From Deltaproteobacteria bacterium (GTDB taxonomy: Bacteria > Myxococcota_A > Polyangia > Fen-1088): 64,000 bases of DNA. The notes under the pieces were generated by a model. That model saw only the letters and a list, made by a program, of their open reading frames with translations. It searched no databases and had not been told where the DNA came from. How positions within the stretch are numbered: position 1 is the stretch's first letter; every line of letters begins with the position of its first letter. A program made the position numbers and the translations under genes. This document shows, piece after piece, positions 19,275-30,042 of the stretch. The DNA lies in assembly GCA_033763315.1 (NCBI GenBank), contig JANRKS010000019.1, positions 64,001 through 128,000 of the forward strand, given 5' to 3'.

Positions 19275-21263
19275 ATGAGCGGCAACAGCGGTGTTACAGA
19301 CGCGGCAAACGCAACGGCCACGCCTGAACAGGTTGTTGTGGGGTCGCGGGTGGGGCACTACCGCATCTTGGCCCCGTTGGGGGAGGGCGGCATGGGCGCC
19401 GTGTTCTTGGCTGAACATGACGTGATCGGCCGCAAAGCCGCCATCAAGGTGTTGCAGCCCCTGGTGGCCCGGGACGACGAGGCGGTGTCGCGCTTTTTCA
19501 TGGAGGCGCGCGCGGTTAACCAGATCCGCCATCCCAACATCGTTGAAGTTACCGACTTCGGCACCGAGAACGGCCAGCCGTTCATCGTCATGGAGTATTT
19601 GGAGGGCGAAACGCTGTCGTCGCGTCTTAACCGCGAGGGGCGTTTCGAGCCGCTCGGCGCTGTGCACGTGATTCGGCAAGTGGCGTCTGCCCTGGGCGCC
19701 GCGCACGATCGCGGGCTGGTTCACCGCGACCTCAAGCCGGGCAACATCATGTTGCTCAACCATCCGGACTACCCCGACTTCGTGAAGGTGCTGGATTTCG
19801 GCATCGCGAAGTTAACGGTGGGGCAAGATCCAAACGTGGGGCACCACACGCGCGTCGGTGTGCCGATCGGTACGCCCGCCTATATGTCGCCCGAGCAATG
19901 TTTGGGCGAGCCCGACGTGGATCAGCGCAGCGACATCTATTCGATGGGCGTGGTGTTTTATGGCTTGCTCACGGGCAAGCTTCCGTTTCGCGATGGGCCC
20001 CTGGGCCAGGTGATTTTGGCGCACGTGCAAGAGCGCCCCAAACCGCCCGTGGATGTGAACCCGCGCGTGGGCCACGTGCTCAGCGACTTGGTGATGAAGA
20101 CGCTGGAGAAGCGGCGCCAAGATCGTTTCGCCAGCATGAAAGATTTCCGCGACGCCTTGGATGGCATCGTGGGGGTGGGGCGCACGAACACGTCGCCGGG
20201 CGGCGTGCCTATCATCGCGGCGTTCTCAGAAGGCGGCGCGCGTGGAGGTGGTGTGGGGGACGCGGCTCAACGCACAAGTGCGGGGCTGGGGCCACGTGAG
20301 CTGCAGGAGCCTGCGTTTCCCGATGAAGCCACGCGACCCATCGCGGATCCGCGGCCATCGCTGGTGCAAGCCACGGCGCCCACGAAGGAAGATACGCTGT
20401 TCGAGCGGCTGCGCGGCATCGTTCACGAGCGCCTTGAATCGGATAAATTTTCTTTGCCGCGCCTGTCCGCTGTGACCGAGCAATGTTTAGAGGCGTTGCG
20501 TTTGCCGGGCTTCGCGTTCGGCAACGCGGCCACGTTGGTGTCACCGGATACGATGTTGGCGCGCAAGATCGTGCGGCTTGCCAACAGCGTGGCGTTTTCG
20601 TCTGTGGCACCGGCCATCACGTTGGAGCAATCGATCGGCCGTCTGGGCGCCGATGGTTTGCAAAAGGCGTTGGTCGAGTTCTCGTCGAAGCCGATCTACA
20701 TGTCGAAGTACGAGCGCGTGCGCGAAGCCTTCCGAAGGCCTTGGTACCACGCGCTGGCCACGGCGATGATCGCCGAGCGGCTGTGCGAGGTGCTTGAACT
20801 CAAAGAGCAAGCGTTGCAGCTTTATCTGGCGGCGATCCTTCACGACATCGGCAAGCCGGTGGTCGGTGGGTTCCTGCTTTCGGTGGAAGAACAAACCGCA
20901 GGCTTGCGGGGCCGTCGGTGGATGACGGATGAACTGTGGCTGCGCGTGATCACTGCCACCTGGCGCAGCGTTTCGGTGGCGGTGGCGCGCGCGTGGCACT
21001 TGCCCGATTCGGTGATCGGTATACTTACAAACGTGGGCAACAAACCTATGCGCGATGAGCGCGCCACATCGGTGGTGTTGCGTTTGGCGTTGGCGTTCTC
21101 GGCGCGCGATGGCTTTTATCTGCGCCAGGCGGATCTTTACAACAACGCGCAAGAGATCGAAGCGGCCAAGTCGCTGTTGAGCCTCGACAACGCCAAAGAA
21201 CAACGCGCTCTGCACCAGGTGCGAGAGCGCGTGACGTTGCTTGCAAAAATCCGCGGCGGCTAA
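19275..21263 (+). CDS. Ser/Thr protein kinase fused to C-terminal HDOD domain
   Basis: LGEGGMG, HRDLKPGN, VLDFG, GTPAYMSPEQ; C-terminal LARKIVRLANS, WYHALATA, ILHDIGK, AWHLP. Confidence 0.9.
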   Translation: MSGNSGVTDAANATATPEQVVVGSRVGHYRILAPLGEGGMGAVFLAEHDVIGRKAAIKVLQPLVARDDEAVSRFFMEARAVNQIRHPNIVEVTDFGTENGQPFIVMEYLEGETLSSRLNREGRFEPLGAVHVIRQVASALGAAHDRGLVHRDLKPGNIMLLNHPDYPDFVKVLDFGIAKLTVGQDPNVGHHTRVGVPIGTPAYMSPEQCLGEPDVDQRSDIYSMGVVFYGLLTGKLPFRDGPLGQVILAHVQERPKPPVDVNPRVGHVLSDLVMKTLEKRRQDRFASMKDFRDALDGIVGVGRTNTSPGGVPIIAAFSEGGARGGGVGDAAQRTSAGLGPRELQEPAFPDEATRPIADPRPSLVQATAPTKEDTLFERLRGIVHERLESDKFSLPRLSAVTEQCLEALRLPGFAFGNAATLVSPDTMLARKIVRLANSVAFSSVAPAITLEQSIGRLGADGLQKALVEFSSKPIYMSKYERVREAFRRPWYHALATAMIAERLCEVLELKEQALQLYLAAILHDIGKPVVGGFLLSVEEQTAGLRGRRWMTDELWLRVITATWRSVSVAVARAWHLPDSVIGILTNVGNKPMRDERATSVVLRLALAFSARDGFYLRQADLYNNAQEIEAAKSLLSLDNAKEQRALHQVRERVTLLAKIRGG

Positions 21264-21273
21264 GCCGCGACCA

Positions 21274-23268
21274 TCACAGCTGCGCTTTTACGCGCGCCAC
21301 GATGGCTTCAGCCGTAAGACCAAGCTCTTTGTAGATCACGCCGGCCGGCGCTGAAGCCCCAAAGCGGTCGAGGCCCACCACGTTTTCACGCCGACCCACC
21401 CAGCGTTCCCAGCCAAACGGCGCCGCGGCCTCCACGGCCACGCGCACGCTGATGTTGGGTGGCAGAACCTGATCGCGGTAGGCAGACTCTTGCGCCTCGA
21501 AGGCTTCCCAACACGGCAGCGAAACCACGCGTGCGGCGATGCCTTGCCCGGCCAAGATCTCTTGTGCCTCGATGGCCAACGCCAGCTCAGTGCCTGTGCC
21601 GATCAAGATGGCTTGCGGCTTGCCGCCGGCCGCCTCAGACACCACGTAGCCGCCGCGCAGAACGCCTTCGGCGGGCGCAAACTTGCTGCGATCCAGGGTT
21701 GTGATCGCCTGCCGTGACAGCACCATCACCGTGGGGCCTGTCTTGCGCGACAGCGCGAGCTTCCACGCTTGCGACGCTTCATTGGCGTCGCCCGGCCGAA
21801 CGACATACACGTTGGGCACGCAACGCAACGAAGCCAAATGCTCCACAGGTTGGTGCGTGGGGCCGTCTTCGCCCAATCCCACAGAGTCGTGGGTGAACAC
21901 GAACACCACAGGCAAGTGGCTCAACGCCGCCAAGCGAATGGCGGGGCGTTCGTAGTCAGCGAAGCAGAAGAACGTGGCCGTGAACGTGCGCGTGCCGCCG
22001 TGGTAAGCGAAGCCATTGGCAATGGCGCCCATCGCGTGCTCGCGCACGCCATAGTGGATGTTGCGGCCCAAGCCCGTTTGGCCATCGAAGCTGCCAGCGT
22101 CTTTGAGCGTCGTGTTGGTGGATCCCGAAAGGTCCGCGTCGCCGCCCAACAAGTAGGGGATCTTGGTGGCCGCGCCTGCCAGCGCCTTGCCTGCCGATTG
22201 GCGCGTGGCCAATTTTTCGCCCGCAGGGTATGTGGGCAAGCCGCTTTCCCAGCCATCGGGAAGCAGACCGTTTTGTGCCAACTGCCATTCAGCCGCCAAT
22301 TCACGGTTCTCGGCCGCCCAAGCCGTGAACGTGGTTTGCCAAGCGGCTTCGGCCGCCGCCCCGGCTTCGATGCCTGCGTGAAAGTGCTTTTCGGCTTCCG
22401 CTGGCACGAAGAAGTCAGCGTTGGGATCAAAACCCAGCGCTTGTTTCGTGGCTTTGACGCCGTCAGGGCCAAGCGGCGAGCCGTGAACGCCCGATGTGCC
22501 CGCCTTGGGGGACGCAAAACCAATTGTGGTCCGAACGCAGATGATCGAGGGCCTCTGCGTGTCGGCTTTGGCGGCCGCGATCGCTTTGTCCAAGGCGTCG
22601 TAGTCTTTGTCGCCGTCGCTTACGGTCAGCACTTGCCAGCCATACGCCTCGTAGCGCTTGGCCACGTCTTCGGTGAACGTCATCGACGTGGGGCCGTCCA
22701 ACGAGATCTTGTTGTCGTCGTAAAGGTAAATGAGCTTGCCCAGCTTCAAGTGCCCGGCCAACGAAGCCGCTTCGGCGCTGATGCCTTCCATGAGATCGCC
22801 GTCCGAAACGATGGCGTAGGTGTAGTGATCGACGATCGTTTGCCCGGGGCGGTTGTAGCGGCCTGCCAAGAAACGTTCGGCCATTGCCATGCCCACGGCG
22901 TTCGCGGTGCCTTGGCCCAGGGGCCCCGTGGTGGCTTCCACGCCCTTGGTCATAAAGGATTCAGGGTGTCCAGGCGTGCGCGAATTCCACTGCCGGAAAG
23001 CCTTGAGGTCGTCCATCGAAAGGTCGTAACCGTAAAGGTGCAGCAACGAGTACACCAACGCTGAGCCGTGGCCCGCAGACAAGACGAAGCGATCACGATC
23101 GGCCCACTTCGGATTGCGCGGGTTGTGCTTGAGGTGCTTTTGCCACAGCACGTAGGCCATCGGCGCGGCGCCCAAGGGCAGGCCAGGGTGTCCAGAGTTG
23201 GCCTTTTGGACCACGTCGATGGACAGGGTTCGGATGGTGTTCACAGCGAGCGTTGCAATCGATTCCAT
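21274..23268 (-). CDS. tkt: Transketolase
   Basis: [53 protein letters not shown]; ATG at 23268 preferred over the longer track start. Confidence 0.97.
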   Translation of the reverse strand: MESIATLAVNTIRTLSIDVVQKANSGHPGLPLGAAPMAYVLWQKHLKHNPRNPKWADRDRFVLSAGHGSALVYSLLHLYGYDLSMDDLKAFRQWNSRTPGHPESFMTKGVEATTGPLGQGTANAVGMAMAERFLAGRYNRPGQTIVDHYTYAIVSDGDLMEGISAEAASLAGHLKLGKLIYLYDDNKISLDGPTSMTFTEDVAKRYEAYGWQVLTVSDGDKDYDALDKAIAAAKADTQRPSIICVRTTIGFASPKAGTSGVHGSPLGPDGVKATKQALGFDPNADFFVPAEAEKHFHAGIEAGAAAEAAWQTTFTAWAAENRELAAEWQLAQNGLLPDGWESGLPTYPAGEKLATRQSAGKALAGAATKIPYLLGGDADLSGSTNTTLKDAGSFDGQTGLGRNIHYGVREHAMGAIANGFAYHGGTRTFTATFFCFADYERPAIRLAALSHLPVVFVFTHDSVGLGEDGPTHQPVEHLASLRCVPNVYVVRPGDANEASQAWKLALSRKTGPTVMVLSRQAITTLDRSKFAPAEGVLRGGYVVSEAAGGKPQAILIGTGTELALAIEAQEILAGQGIAARVVSLPCWEAFEAQESAYRDQVLPPNISVRVAVEAAAPFGWERWVGRRENVVGLDRFGASAPAGVIYKELGLTAEAIVARVKAQL

Positions 23269-23403
23269 GAACCCCTTCGCTAACACGCAACGACCGCAAT
23301 TTCTAGCCATTTCCCCGGGCTGCGCCGCTTTGGCACGGCAAAGAAACCTTCGGATGCGCCCTTCGGCACGGTGGGCCAAGTCCGCGCCGCTTTAGGACGT
23401 AGC

Positions 23404-23556
23404 TTAGCGTGTGGGGCTTGTGAGCTGACGCGACCGCGCGGCGTCCTGTTTACCTGCCCGGTTGGCCATCACGACGGCCACGATGAAACCCACCGTAAAC
23501 AGCAGCATCAGGAGGGAAAGCCTCACCAAGCTCGGATCGTATTTCTTTTTCGGCAT
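23404..23556 (-). CDS. Small single-TM protein (50 aa)
   Basis: MPKKKYDPSLVRLSLLMLLFTVGFIVAVVMANR; ATG 7 nt after the apbE stop with AGGA upstream. Confidence 0.55.
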   Translation of the reverse strand: MPKKKYDPSLVRLSLLMLLFTVGFIVAVVMANRAGKQDAARSRQLTSPTR

Positions 23557-23563
23557 GGTGGTC

Positions 23564-24655
23564 CTAGGGAGCATCCGTGGGATCTTGCACTTTTTGAAGC
23601 TTTGCCTGCAGGCCAGGTGAGATGTGCACCACGTTTTTCGCATCCACGATCACGCCTTGCACGTCGGGCGTGGCGGCCAGAATGCTCATCGCTTTGGGCA
23701 CGCCCACGATCAACAGCGCGGTGTCCATCAGGTCAGCCACGAACGCGCTTGGCGCCAGCAACGTCACCGAACGAATCCCTTGTGCGGGGAAGCCCGTGCG
23801 TGCGTCCAAAATGTGGTGGTAGCGCTTGCCGTTCTTCATGATGAAGCGTTCGTAATCGCCTGACGTGTTGAACGCTTGGTTGTGCAGTTCAACCTTGTAG
23901 ATGATTTGCCCGTGGGGGCCGCGCGGATCTTGAATGCCCACGCGCCACGCACGATCACCACGTTGGCCGCCGGCAAACAGATCGCCACCCGCTTGCACGA
24001 TGAAGTCGGAAAACCCGGCTTTTCGCAAGACCGCCACAGCGCCGTCCACCGCAAAGCCCTTGGCCACGCCGCCCAAAGTGATGCGTTGCCCGGGCCGTCG
24101 CAACATCACAGTGCGTGCCTGGGCATCAAGCACAATGTCGCGGTAATTCACCAGCGCTTTGCGCGCGCGCACCTGGGCCGGGGTGGGCAAACTGCCGTCG
24201 TTGTCTTCGTCAAACTTCCATAACCCTTTAAACGCGCCCACGGTGAGATCGAACGCGCCTTCAGTGAGTTCAGAAATGCGCTGGCTTTCTTTGATCACCG
24301 CGAATGTCTCGGGCGATACGGCCACGGGATTGGCGCCGGCGGCCGCATTGATGCGAGACACTTCCGAATCTTCGCGCCACGTGGTCATCAACCCTTCAAG
24401 GCGCGCCATCTCTTCGAGCGCCTGATCGATCGCTGCCTTCGCCTTGGCTTCGTCGGACGCGTAGACCTTGATGGTGCACAGCGTGCCCATGCACGTTCGT
24501 TGCCCTTCGATCACCGCAGGGGGAGTGGCAGCGGTGGCCGCATCAGGTGCGGGCGGCGGTGGGGCCGGGGCGGGCGCGGGCGCTTTGCAATTCAACAAAA
24601 CGGCCACAGCCAGCCACACAGGCGGTAGGCGGTGGCGCCACAAAGGGAACAACAT
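23564..24655 (-). CDS. apbE: FAD:protein FMN transferase (ApbE) lipoprotein
   Basis: MGT, GAFDLTVG, LGGVAKGFAVD, AGGD, TSGDYER, YHHILD; lipobox-like LLNC. Confidence 0.93.
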   Translation of the reverse strand: MLFPLWRHRLPPVWLAVAVLLNCKAPAPAPAPPPPAPDAATAATPPAVIEGQRTCMGTLCTIKVYASDEAKAKAAIDQALEEMARLEGLMTTWREDSEVSRINAAAGANPVAVSPETFAVIKESQRISELTEGAFDLTVGAFKGLWKFDEDNDGSLPTPAQVRARKALVNYRDIVLDAQARTVMLRRPGQRITLGGVAKGFAVDGAVAVLRKAGFSDFIVQAGGDLFAGGQRGDRAWRVGIQDPRGPHGQIIYKVELHNQAFNTSGDYERFIMKNGKRYHHILDARTGFPAQGIRSVTLLAPSAFVADLMDTALLIVGVPKAMSILAATPDVQGVIVDAKNVVHISPGLQAKLQKVQDPTDAP

Positions 24656-24735
24656 GCGGGCCGCACCCTAACCGCACTTGGCGGCAAAGTCACGGGTGGC
24701 TGGCTAGGCCCGGCCGCGTGGCTATACTCGCCGCC

Positions 24736-25860
24736 ATGTCTTTTAAACCACCTGCCGATGTTGCGATCGTGGGCGGGGGCATCATGGGCTGTGTGGTGGC
24801 TCTTCGCTTGGCGCAGCAGGGCTTCGCGGTCACGGTGGTTGAACGCGGCATTCCGGGCGCCGAGGCGTCAAGCGCAGCCGCAGGCATCCTGGGCCCGCAG
24901 TGGGAAATGGAGCAGCCCGGGCCGCTCTTGGATCTTGGCCTCAAAAGCCGCGCGCTTTACCCGGCCTTCGCCGCTGAACTGCGCGAGCTTACCGGCATGG
25001 ACATAGGCTACAAACGTTGTGGCCTCATCGAAGTGGCGTTGGACGAAGCCGGCGCGGTGGCGTTGCGCGAGCGTCAGCGCTGGCAGTCCGCCTTGGGGCT
25101 GCGCGCGGAATTCCTAACAGGGGCGCAAGCCCGCGAGCTTGAACCTGAGCTTGGGCCAGGCGTATGCGCGGGGCTTTATTTGCCGGACGAAGGTGCCGTG
25201 AACCCGCGAACGTTGGCGCGTGCCTTGTCGCAGGCCGCGGCGAGCGTGGGTGTCACGTTTGTGCAGGGGCACTACGTGCGTCGTGTTGACGTGCGCGGCG
25301 AACGCGCGCATGGCGTGGAGCTTGATGGCCACAGCCTGCCGGCAGATGTGGTGGTTGTGGCCGCGGGCAGTTGGTCGTCGCTGGTTGAAGGCGGGCAGGT
25401 GCCTTCGCCGGTTGTGCGACCCGCGCGCGGCCAAGCGTTAAGCGTGCAGATGCGGCCGCCGCTGTTCAAGCATGTGATCGCGCCTTACCAAAAAGGTTAT
25501 TTGGTGCCGCGCGATGATGGCATGGCGGTCATCGGCAGCACGCTTGAAATGGTGGGTTATCGCAAAGAGGTGACGGTGGAAGGTTTGCATTCAATCTTGC
25601 AAACCGCTTCGGCCGTTGTGCCTGCGTTGGGGCCGTTGCCGATCACGGAAACGTGGTCGAACTTTCGCCCCTACACCAGCGATCTGCTGCCCGTGTTGGG
25701 GCACACCACGGTCACGGGCTTGTTCTTGGCCACGGGCCATCACCGGTACGGCATCTTGTTGGCGCCGATCACGGGCGAACTGCTGGCGCAGCAGATCATG
25801 GGCCAGGCGCCGGTTGTTGATCCGGCGCCGTTCTCCATCGCGCGCTTCGCGGCGCTTTAG
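24736..25860 (+). CDS. thiO: Glycine oxidase / FAD-dependent amine oxidase
   Basis: GGGIMG Rossmann motif, ASSAAAGIL, RGQ, YLVPR, GHHRYGILLAP. Confidence 0.85.
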   Translation: MSFKPPADVAIVGGGIMGCVVALRLAQQGFAVTVVERGIPGAEASSAAAGILGPQWEMEQPGPLLDLGLKSRALYPAFAAELRELTGMDIGYKRCGLIEVALDEAGAVALRERQRWQSALGLRAEFLTGAQARELEPELGPGVCAGLYLPDEGAVNPRTLARALSQAAASVGVTFVQGHYVRRVDVRGERAHGVELDGHSLPADVVVVAAGSWSSLVEGGQVPSPVVRPARGQALSVQMRPPLFKHVIAPYQKGYLVPRDDGMAVIGSTLEMVGYRKEVTVEGLHSILQTASAVVPALGPLPITETWSNFRPYTSDLLPVLGHTTVTGLFLATGHHRYGILLAPITGELLAQQIMGQAPVVDPAPFSIARFAAL

Positions 25861-27347
25861 AAATTCCCGCGCAAAAGCGGGTAGAGCGACGTATACCGCT
25901 TGTAGGGTGCGGCGAAGGCTTTATGCGCCTGCTTATTGGGCTTTTCCGCAGGCAAACGCTTGAGCGTGGCTTTGCAGGCCGTGGGAATGTCGCGCCACAA
26001 ACCGGCGCAAACGCCCGCGAGCAACGCGGCTCCAAAGGCGGGGCCTTCTTCGCGGTTCACGCCCACGACGGGCAAGCCATAAACATCCGCTTGCAACTGC
26101 CGCAAGAACGGGCTCTTTGCGCCACCACCGGTCACCAGCATGCGGGCCAAAGGCAAATCCATTTTTTGCAAGATGCTGACGGAATCGCGCAGGCCAAACG
26201 TGATGCCTTCGAGCACCGCGCGGCTCATGTGCGCGCGTGAATGTGCGAGTGACAAGCCAATGAAGGCCCCGCGGGCGCTGGCGTCGCGGTGGGGCGTGCG
26301 TTCCCCTTGCAAATAAGGCAAGAACGTGAGGCCTAAGGCTCCGATTGGAACACCGGCGGCCTCATCGTTGAGCGCCATGTTGGCATCACCTTGGCCCGCC
26401 AGATCTTTGGCACACTGATCGCGGAACCAGCCGAAGGCGCCACCGGCGGTGAGCATCACACCCATCACGTACCAGGTGTTGGGAACGGCATGACAGAACG
26501 TGTGCGCGCGCAAACCTGGGTCGACGATCGGCGTTTTCGTGGGGGCCACAACGGTGCCCGAGGTGCCCCAACTGGCCACGGCCTCACCTGGCGTCACAGC
26601 GCCCACGCCAATGGCGCCGCACGCGTTGTCGGCGCCGCCGCCCGCCACAGGTATACCCGCGGGCAGGCCCGTAGCCGCCGCGCCTTCGGCGCTCACCACG
26701 CCGCTCGCCTCAGCGGACCCCACAAGATCGACCGTGAGGCTGCTCTTGAGGCCCACGGCCTTTAGAATGTCATGGCTCCAACGCTGCTTGGCCGTATCGA
26801 ACATCAACGTGGCCGAAGCGTCGGAGGGATCGGTGGCCAAGGTGCCAGTAAGTCTGAAGCGAATATAGTCTTTGGGCAGCATCACCTTGGCCAAGCGCCG
26901 AAACGCGTCCGGCTCGTGCTTTTTGAGCCACAACACTTTGGGCAGCGTGAAACCTTCGAGCGCCGGGTTGCAGGCCCACTTGCGCAAACCCTTCGGCCCC
27001 ACGGCTTTGGTGATCTGCTCGCACTGTTTGGTGGTGCGGCCATCACACCAAAGCAACGCCGGACGAATCACGGCGCCTGCGGCATCCAAAAACACGGACG
27101 AATGCATTTGGCCCGAAAGTCCCACAGCGGCCAGGGACTCGGGCGCCACGTGCGCCGCCGCGAGCGCTGCTTTGACCGCGCCACACGCCGCCTGCCACCA
27201 AGCTTCAGGGTCTTGTTCTGCCCAGCCAGGTTGGGGCGTTTGCAGCAACAGTGGCGTTGTGGCATCTGTCACCACTTCGCCCGTTTCGTTGATGACAATG
27301 GCCTTAACGCCGCTCGTGCCTACGTCGATCGCAATAACGTGTTGCAT
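25857..27347 (-). CDS. xylB: Xylulokinase (FGGY family)
   Basis: IDVGTSGVK, SGQMH, LWCDGR, PKDY, GGADN, PYLQGERTP, GGGAKS. Confidence 0.9.
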   Translation of the reverse strand: MQHVIAIDVGTSGVKAIVINETGEVVTDATTPLLLQTPQPGWAEQDPEAWWQAACGAVKAALAAAHVAPESLAAVGLSGQMHSSVFLDAAGAVIRPALLWCDGRTTKQCEQITKAVGPKGLRKWACNPALEGFTLPKVLWLKKHEPDAFRRLAKVMLPKDYIRFRLTGTLATDPSDASATLMFDTAKQRWSHDILKAVGLKSSLTVDLVGSAEASGVVSAEGAAATGLPAGIPVAGGGADNACGAIGVGAVTPGEAVASWGTSGTVVAPTKTPIVDPGLRAHTFCHAVPNTWYVMGVMLTAGGAFGWFRDQCAKDLAGQGDANMALNDEAAGVPIGALGLTFLPYLQGERTPHRDASARGAFIGLSLAHSRAHMSRAVLEGITFGLRDSVSILQKMDLPLARMLVTGGGAKSPFLRQLQADVYGLPVVGVNREEGPAFGAALLAGVCAGLWRDIPTACKATLKRLPAEKPNKQAHKAFAAPYKRYTSLYPLLRGNF

Positions 27348-27560
27348 GCTGGGTGATGGGTGTATCCCAGGTTGCGGCCCAATAAAAGGTTTGCGTTAAC
27401 GTTGATATGTCTAAGGACGGGGCCAGATTCGCTGTCTAGACTGTGCGCCGTCGGCGGCGAGGCGCTCCGATGCGCGAAATCGGTTTATTTTTGATGGTTT
27501 TGAGACATTCTGAGCACTACCTTGAAAACCAGAGGTCGAGTGCAGGAGGACAATCCGAAG

Positions 27561-28352
27561 ATGCTTATTGAAGATCGGCGCAAGCGGTTACTCGATGCGG
27601 TGAACTCGCGAGGTTCATTGACCGTATCGGAGGCCGAACGCACTTTGGCCGTGAGCCGGATGACGGTTCACCGCGATCTCGACGTCCTGGCCGCCCAAGG
27701 CTTGGTGCGCAAGGTGCACGGCGGGGTGGTGGCTTTGTCCTCCCGCGGGGCGGATCTGTTCGACCCCCGCGCCCAGCCGTTCGAAGACCGCGTGTCGGTC
27801 AGCCGAGACGCGAAGAAGACGATCGCTCGGCATGTGTTTAAGCTCATTGGGAAGTCGAACACGCTCGTGCTCGACTCAAGCACCACGGTTTTCTATCTGC
27901 ACGACCTGCTGGGCGATGAGGCCGAAAAGCGCGACACCTACATCGTGACGGGCAGCCTGCCCCTGTTCACAGAACTTGTGCGCAAGCAAAACGGAATACG
28001 TGTGGCCTTGCACGGTGGCGAGCCACACGTGCGCACGGGCTCGTTGGTGGGGCCTCTGGCGGTCAACAGCCTGGCTGACACGCGCTTCGACTTCGTGGTG
28101 CTTTCGTGTTTGGGCGTGTTGCCCGAAGAAGGTGCGATCTTCGTGTCGAGCTCCGACGAGGTTCAGTTGAAGCAGGCGTACCTGCGTCACGCCCGCCGCG
28201 CGATTTTGGCGGTGGATACCTCCAAGTTCGGGCAGTCGGGCGCGCACAAGCTCGGGGACCTATCGAAGTTCGAGTATGTGGTCACAGAGAAGGGCGCTTT
28301 CACTCAAGACGAGTTTGCGGCGCACGTGAAGAAGACCTCGCGCAAGCAGTAA
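27561..28352 (+). CDS. DeoR/GlpR family transcriptional regulator
   Basis: VSRMTVHRDL HTH, KVHGG, LDSSTT, DTSKF; divergent from xylB. Confidence 0.92.
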   Translation: MLIEDRRKRLLDAVNSRGSLTVSEAERTLAVSRMTVHRDLDVLAAQGLVRKVHGGVVALSSRGADLFDPRAQPFEDRVSVSRDAKKTIARHVFKLIGKSNTLVLDSSTTVFYLHDLLGDEAEKRDTYIVTGSLPLFTELVRKQNGIRVALHGGEPHVRTGSLVGPLAVNSLADTRFDFVVLSCLGVLPEEGAIFVSSSDEVQLKQAYLRHARRAILAVDTSKFGQSGAHKLGDLSKFEYVVTEKGAFTQDEFAAHVKKTSRKQ

Positions 28353-28362
28353 AAACGGTCGA

Positions 28363-30042
28363 TCAGCGGCGGCGCCACAATCCATATTGGTAGCCGTGCG
28401 CGCTGATGAAGTTATTCACCAGTGTGTAGTGGGCCGCTACATAGGCACGCAGTTCCGGAAGTGTGCCTATGCCGCCGCTTTGCCCCAACAACAACAGGGC
28501 CTGGGGCGAAGTGTCGAGCATCGATACAACCTCGCTTAACTGCAGGTTGCCCGTGCGAATGCGCTGCAGGTTTGTGTCCACCAAATCTGAGGTGACTGGC
28601 AGTCCCGCTTGCAAGGCAACCAGAGGCGCCACTGTTGAATCGCCGAACAGAGACGGTTGCGAAAGGTGTGCGGCCTGGGCGCGAACCGCGTCCACCATGG
28701 CAGGCGCGGTGTTGAGCCAGCGGGAGCGCTGCCACAGATATTGCGTGATGGCGTTCGCGTCTTCGTTCACAACGCGCACGCCGTCTTGCCAAAACAAGGC
28801 CTTGATCAAAGCGTTCACGGCGCCAAGGCCGGGCGCGTCCACCCATGAGTAGGTTTGCGTGTACGTGCGCAGTTGCTCGGCTCGCCGCGGTGACACAGCC
28901 GCCGCTAAAGTGTTGGCCAGGGGCCCTGCCACGAGCGCCAAGAACATCACGGGCACCCCCAGGGCCAGCGTTGGTTGCCACCTTTGTCTTCGACCCGCCC
29001 ACCACAGCGCTGCGCGATCCAAGAGCTGCGCGAAGCCCCAGCCCACAAGCAAACTCAACGGGAAAAACGCGGGCTGAAAGTAAAACGGAAACACCCGTGG
29101 GCGCGTTGCCATTGCCACAAGCGTGAGCGCCGCGGCCGCCGCCGCAAGGGCCGCCAAAACGCGCGCCTTGCGATCACCCCACGCCAACGCCAGGGCGCCC
29201 GTGGCTGCCAAAACAAACAGCGTCCAATTGTCGAAAACCACGAATCCCAACTGCGCGAGGCCTTCGCCTTCGGCTCCCACTTTGTCGAGGTGAAATCCAT
29301 AAACCTGCTGCCAAAACGCGCGCCCGCCGATCACCCAAAACACCGCATGCACGCTCGCGAACACACCAACGGCTGCGGCAAAGCAGCGTGAAGCCGTGCG
29401 TTTGCCAAGCAAAAGCGAAGCGGCCACCACAACAGCGGCCGCAGGCCCCGCTTGCAGCAACGTCAAGGGCGCCGCCGCGGCTGCCGCACCAGCCGCCATG
29501 GGGCGCGACCAGCACAGCAACACGGCCGCCAACGCCACGCACGCGCTGGCTTGGCAGATCCCCGTGTCCGTGGACGCGGCCTTTAAAAGGCTCTCGGCAA
29601 ACAACACGGCTGTGGCCGCCATCAGCGCCGCCACTTGGCGAGCTGTTTTGTTTGTGGTGGGCGCCAGCCTGATCGTCACCGCGTAAGCCGCAACGCCCAC
29701 GAAGCTGGCACTAAGGAACGTCAGCATCTTTGCCACCCCCAGCGAGAACCCGAACAGCTTGAACAACGCAGCGTTTGGCAGCAGATGCAAAGGGGGGTGT
29801 GCGAAGAAAAAATCGCGGTAGGGCCACAGGCCCTGCGACCAGCGAAGGGCGCCGTAGAAATAAATGCCTTCGTCGGCGGGGTGGGGCAACAGCGCGAAGG
29901 CGCGCAAGGCAAAGAACAGCACCAGCAAACACCCGAGCGCCAATTCTGAGGGCAAACGGTAACGCGGAACAGGGTGAGCCGTCACAGCGGGCGCGGGTGC
30001 GTGCGCTGCAGGCTGCCGGGGACGACGCGCTGTTTTGCTCAT
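28363..30042 (-). CDS. Polytopic membrane GT-C fold glycosyltransferase (ArnT/PMT-like)
   Basis: DEGIY after first TM, PYRDFFFAHPPL, more than 10 hydrophobic segments. Confidence 0.7.
   Translation of the reverse strand: MSKTARRPRQPAAHAPAPAVTAHPVPRYRLPSELALGCLLVLFFALRAFALLPHPADEGIYFYGALRWSQGLWPYRDFFFAHPPLHLLPNAALFKLFGFSLGVAKMLTFLSASFVGVAAYAVTIRLAPTTNKTARQVAALMAATAVLFAESLLKAASTDTGICQASACVALAAVLLCWSRPMAAGAAAAAAPLTLLQAGPAAAVVVAASLLLGKRTASRCFAAAVGVFASVHAVFWVIGGRAFWQQVYGFHLDKVGAEGEGLAQLGFVVFDNWTLFVLAATGALALAWGDRKARVLAALAAAAAALTLVAMATRPRVFPFYFQPAFFPLSLLVGWGFAQLLDRAALWWAGRRQRWQPTLALGVPVMFLALVAGPLANTLAAAVSPRRAEQLRTYTQTYSWVDAPGLGAVNALIKALFWQDGVRVVNEDANAITQYLWQRSRWLNTAPAMVDAVRAQAAHLSQPSLFGDSTVAPLVALQAGLPVTSDLVDTNLQRIRTGNLQLSEVVSMLDTSPQALLLLGQSGGIGTLPELRAYVAAHYTLVNNFISAHGYQYGLWRRR

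Noticed and set aside
21769-23064. 431 aa plus-strand ORF
   Set aside because: Antisense shadow of transketolase
24736-25860. Thiamine operon or TPP riboswitch around thiO/apbE
   Set aside because: No thiS/thiG nearby, only about 80 bp of intergenic space and no TPP aptamer motifs seen; ApbE is a flavin transferase
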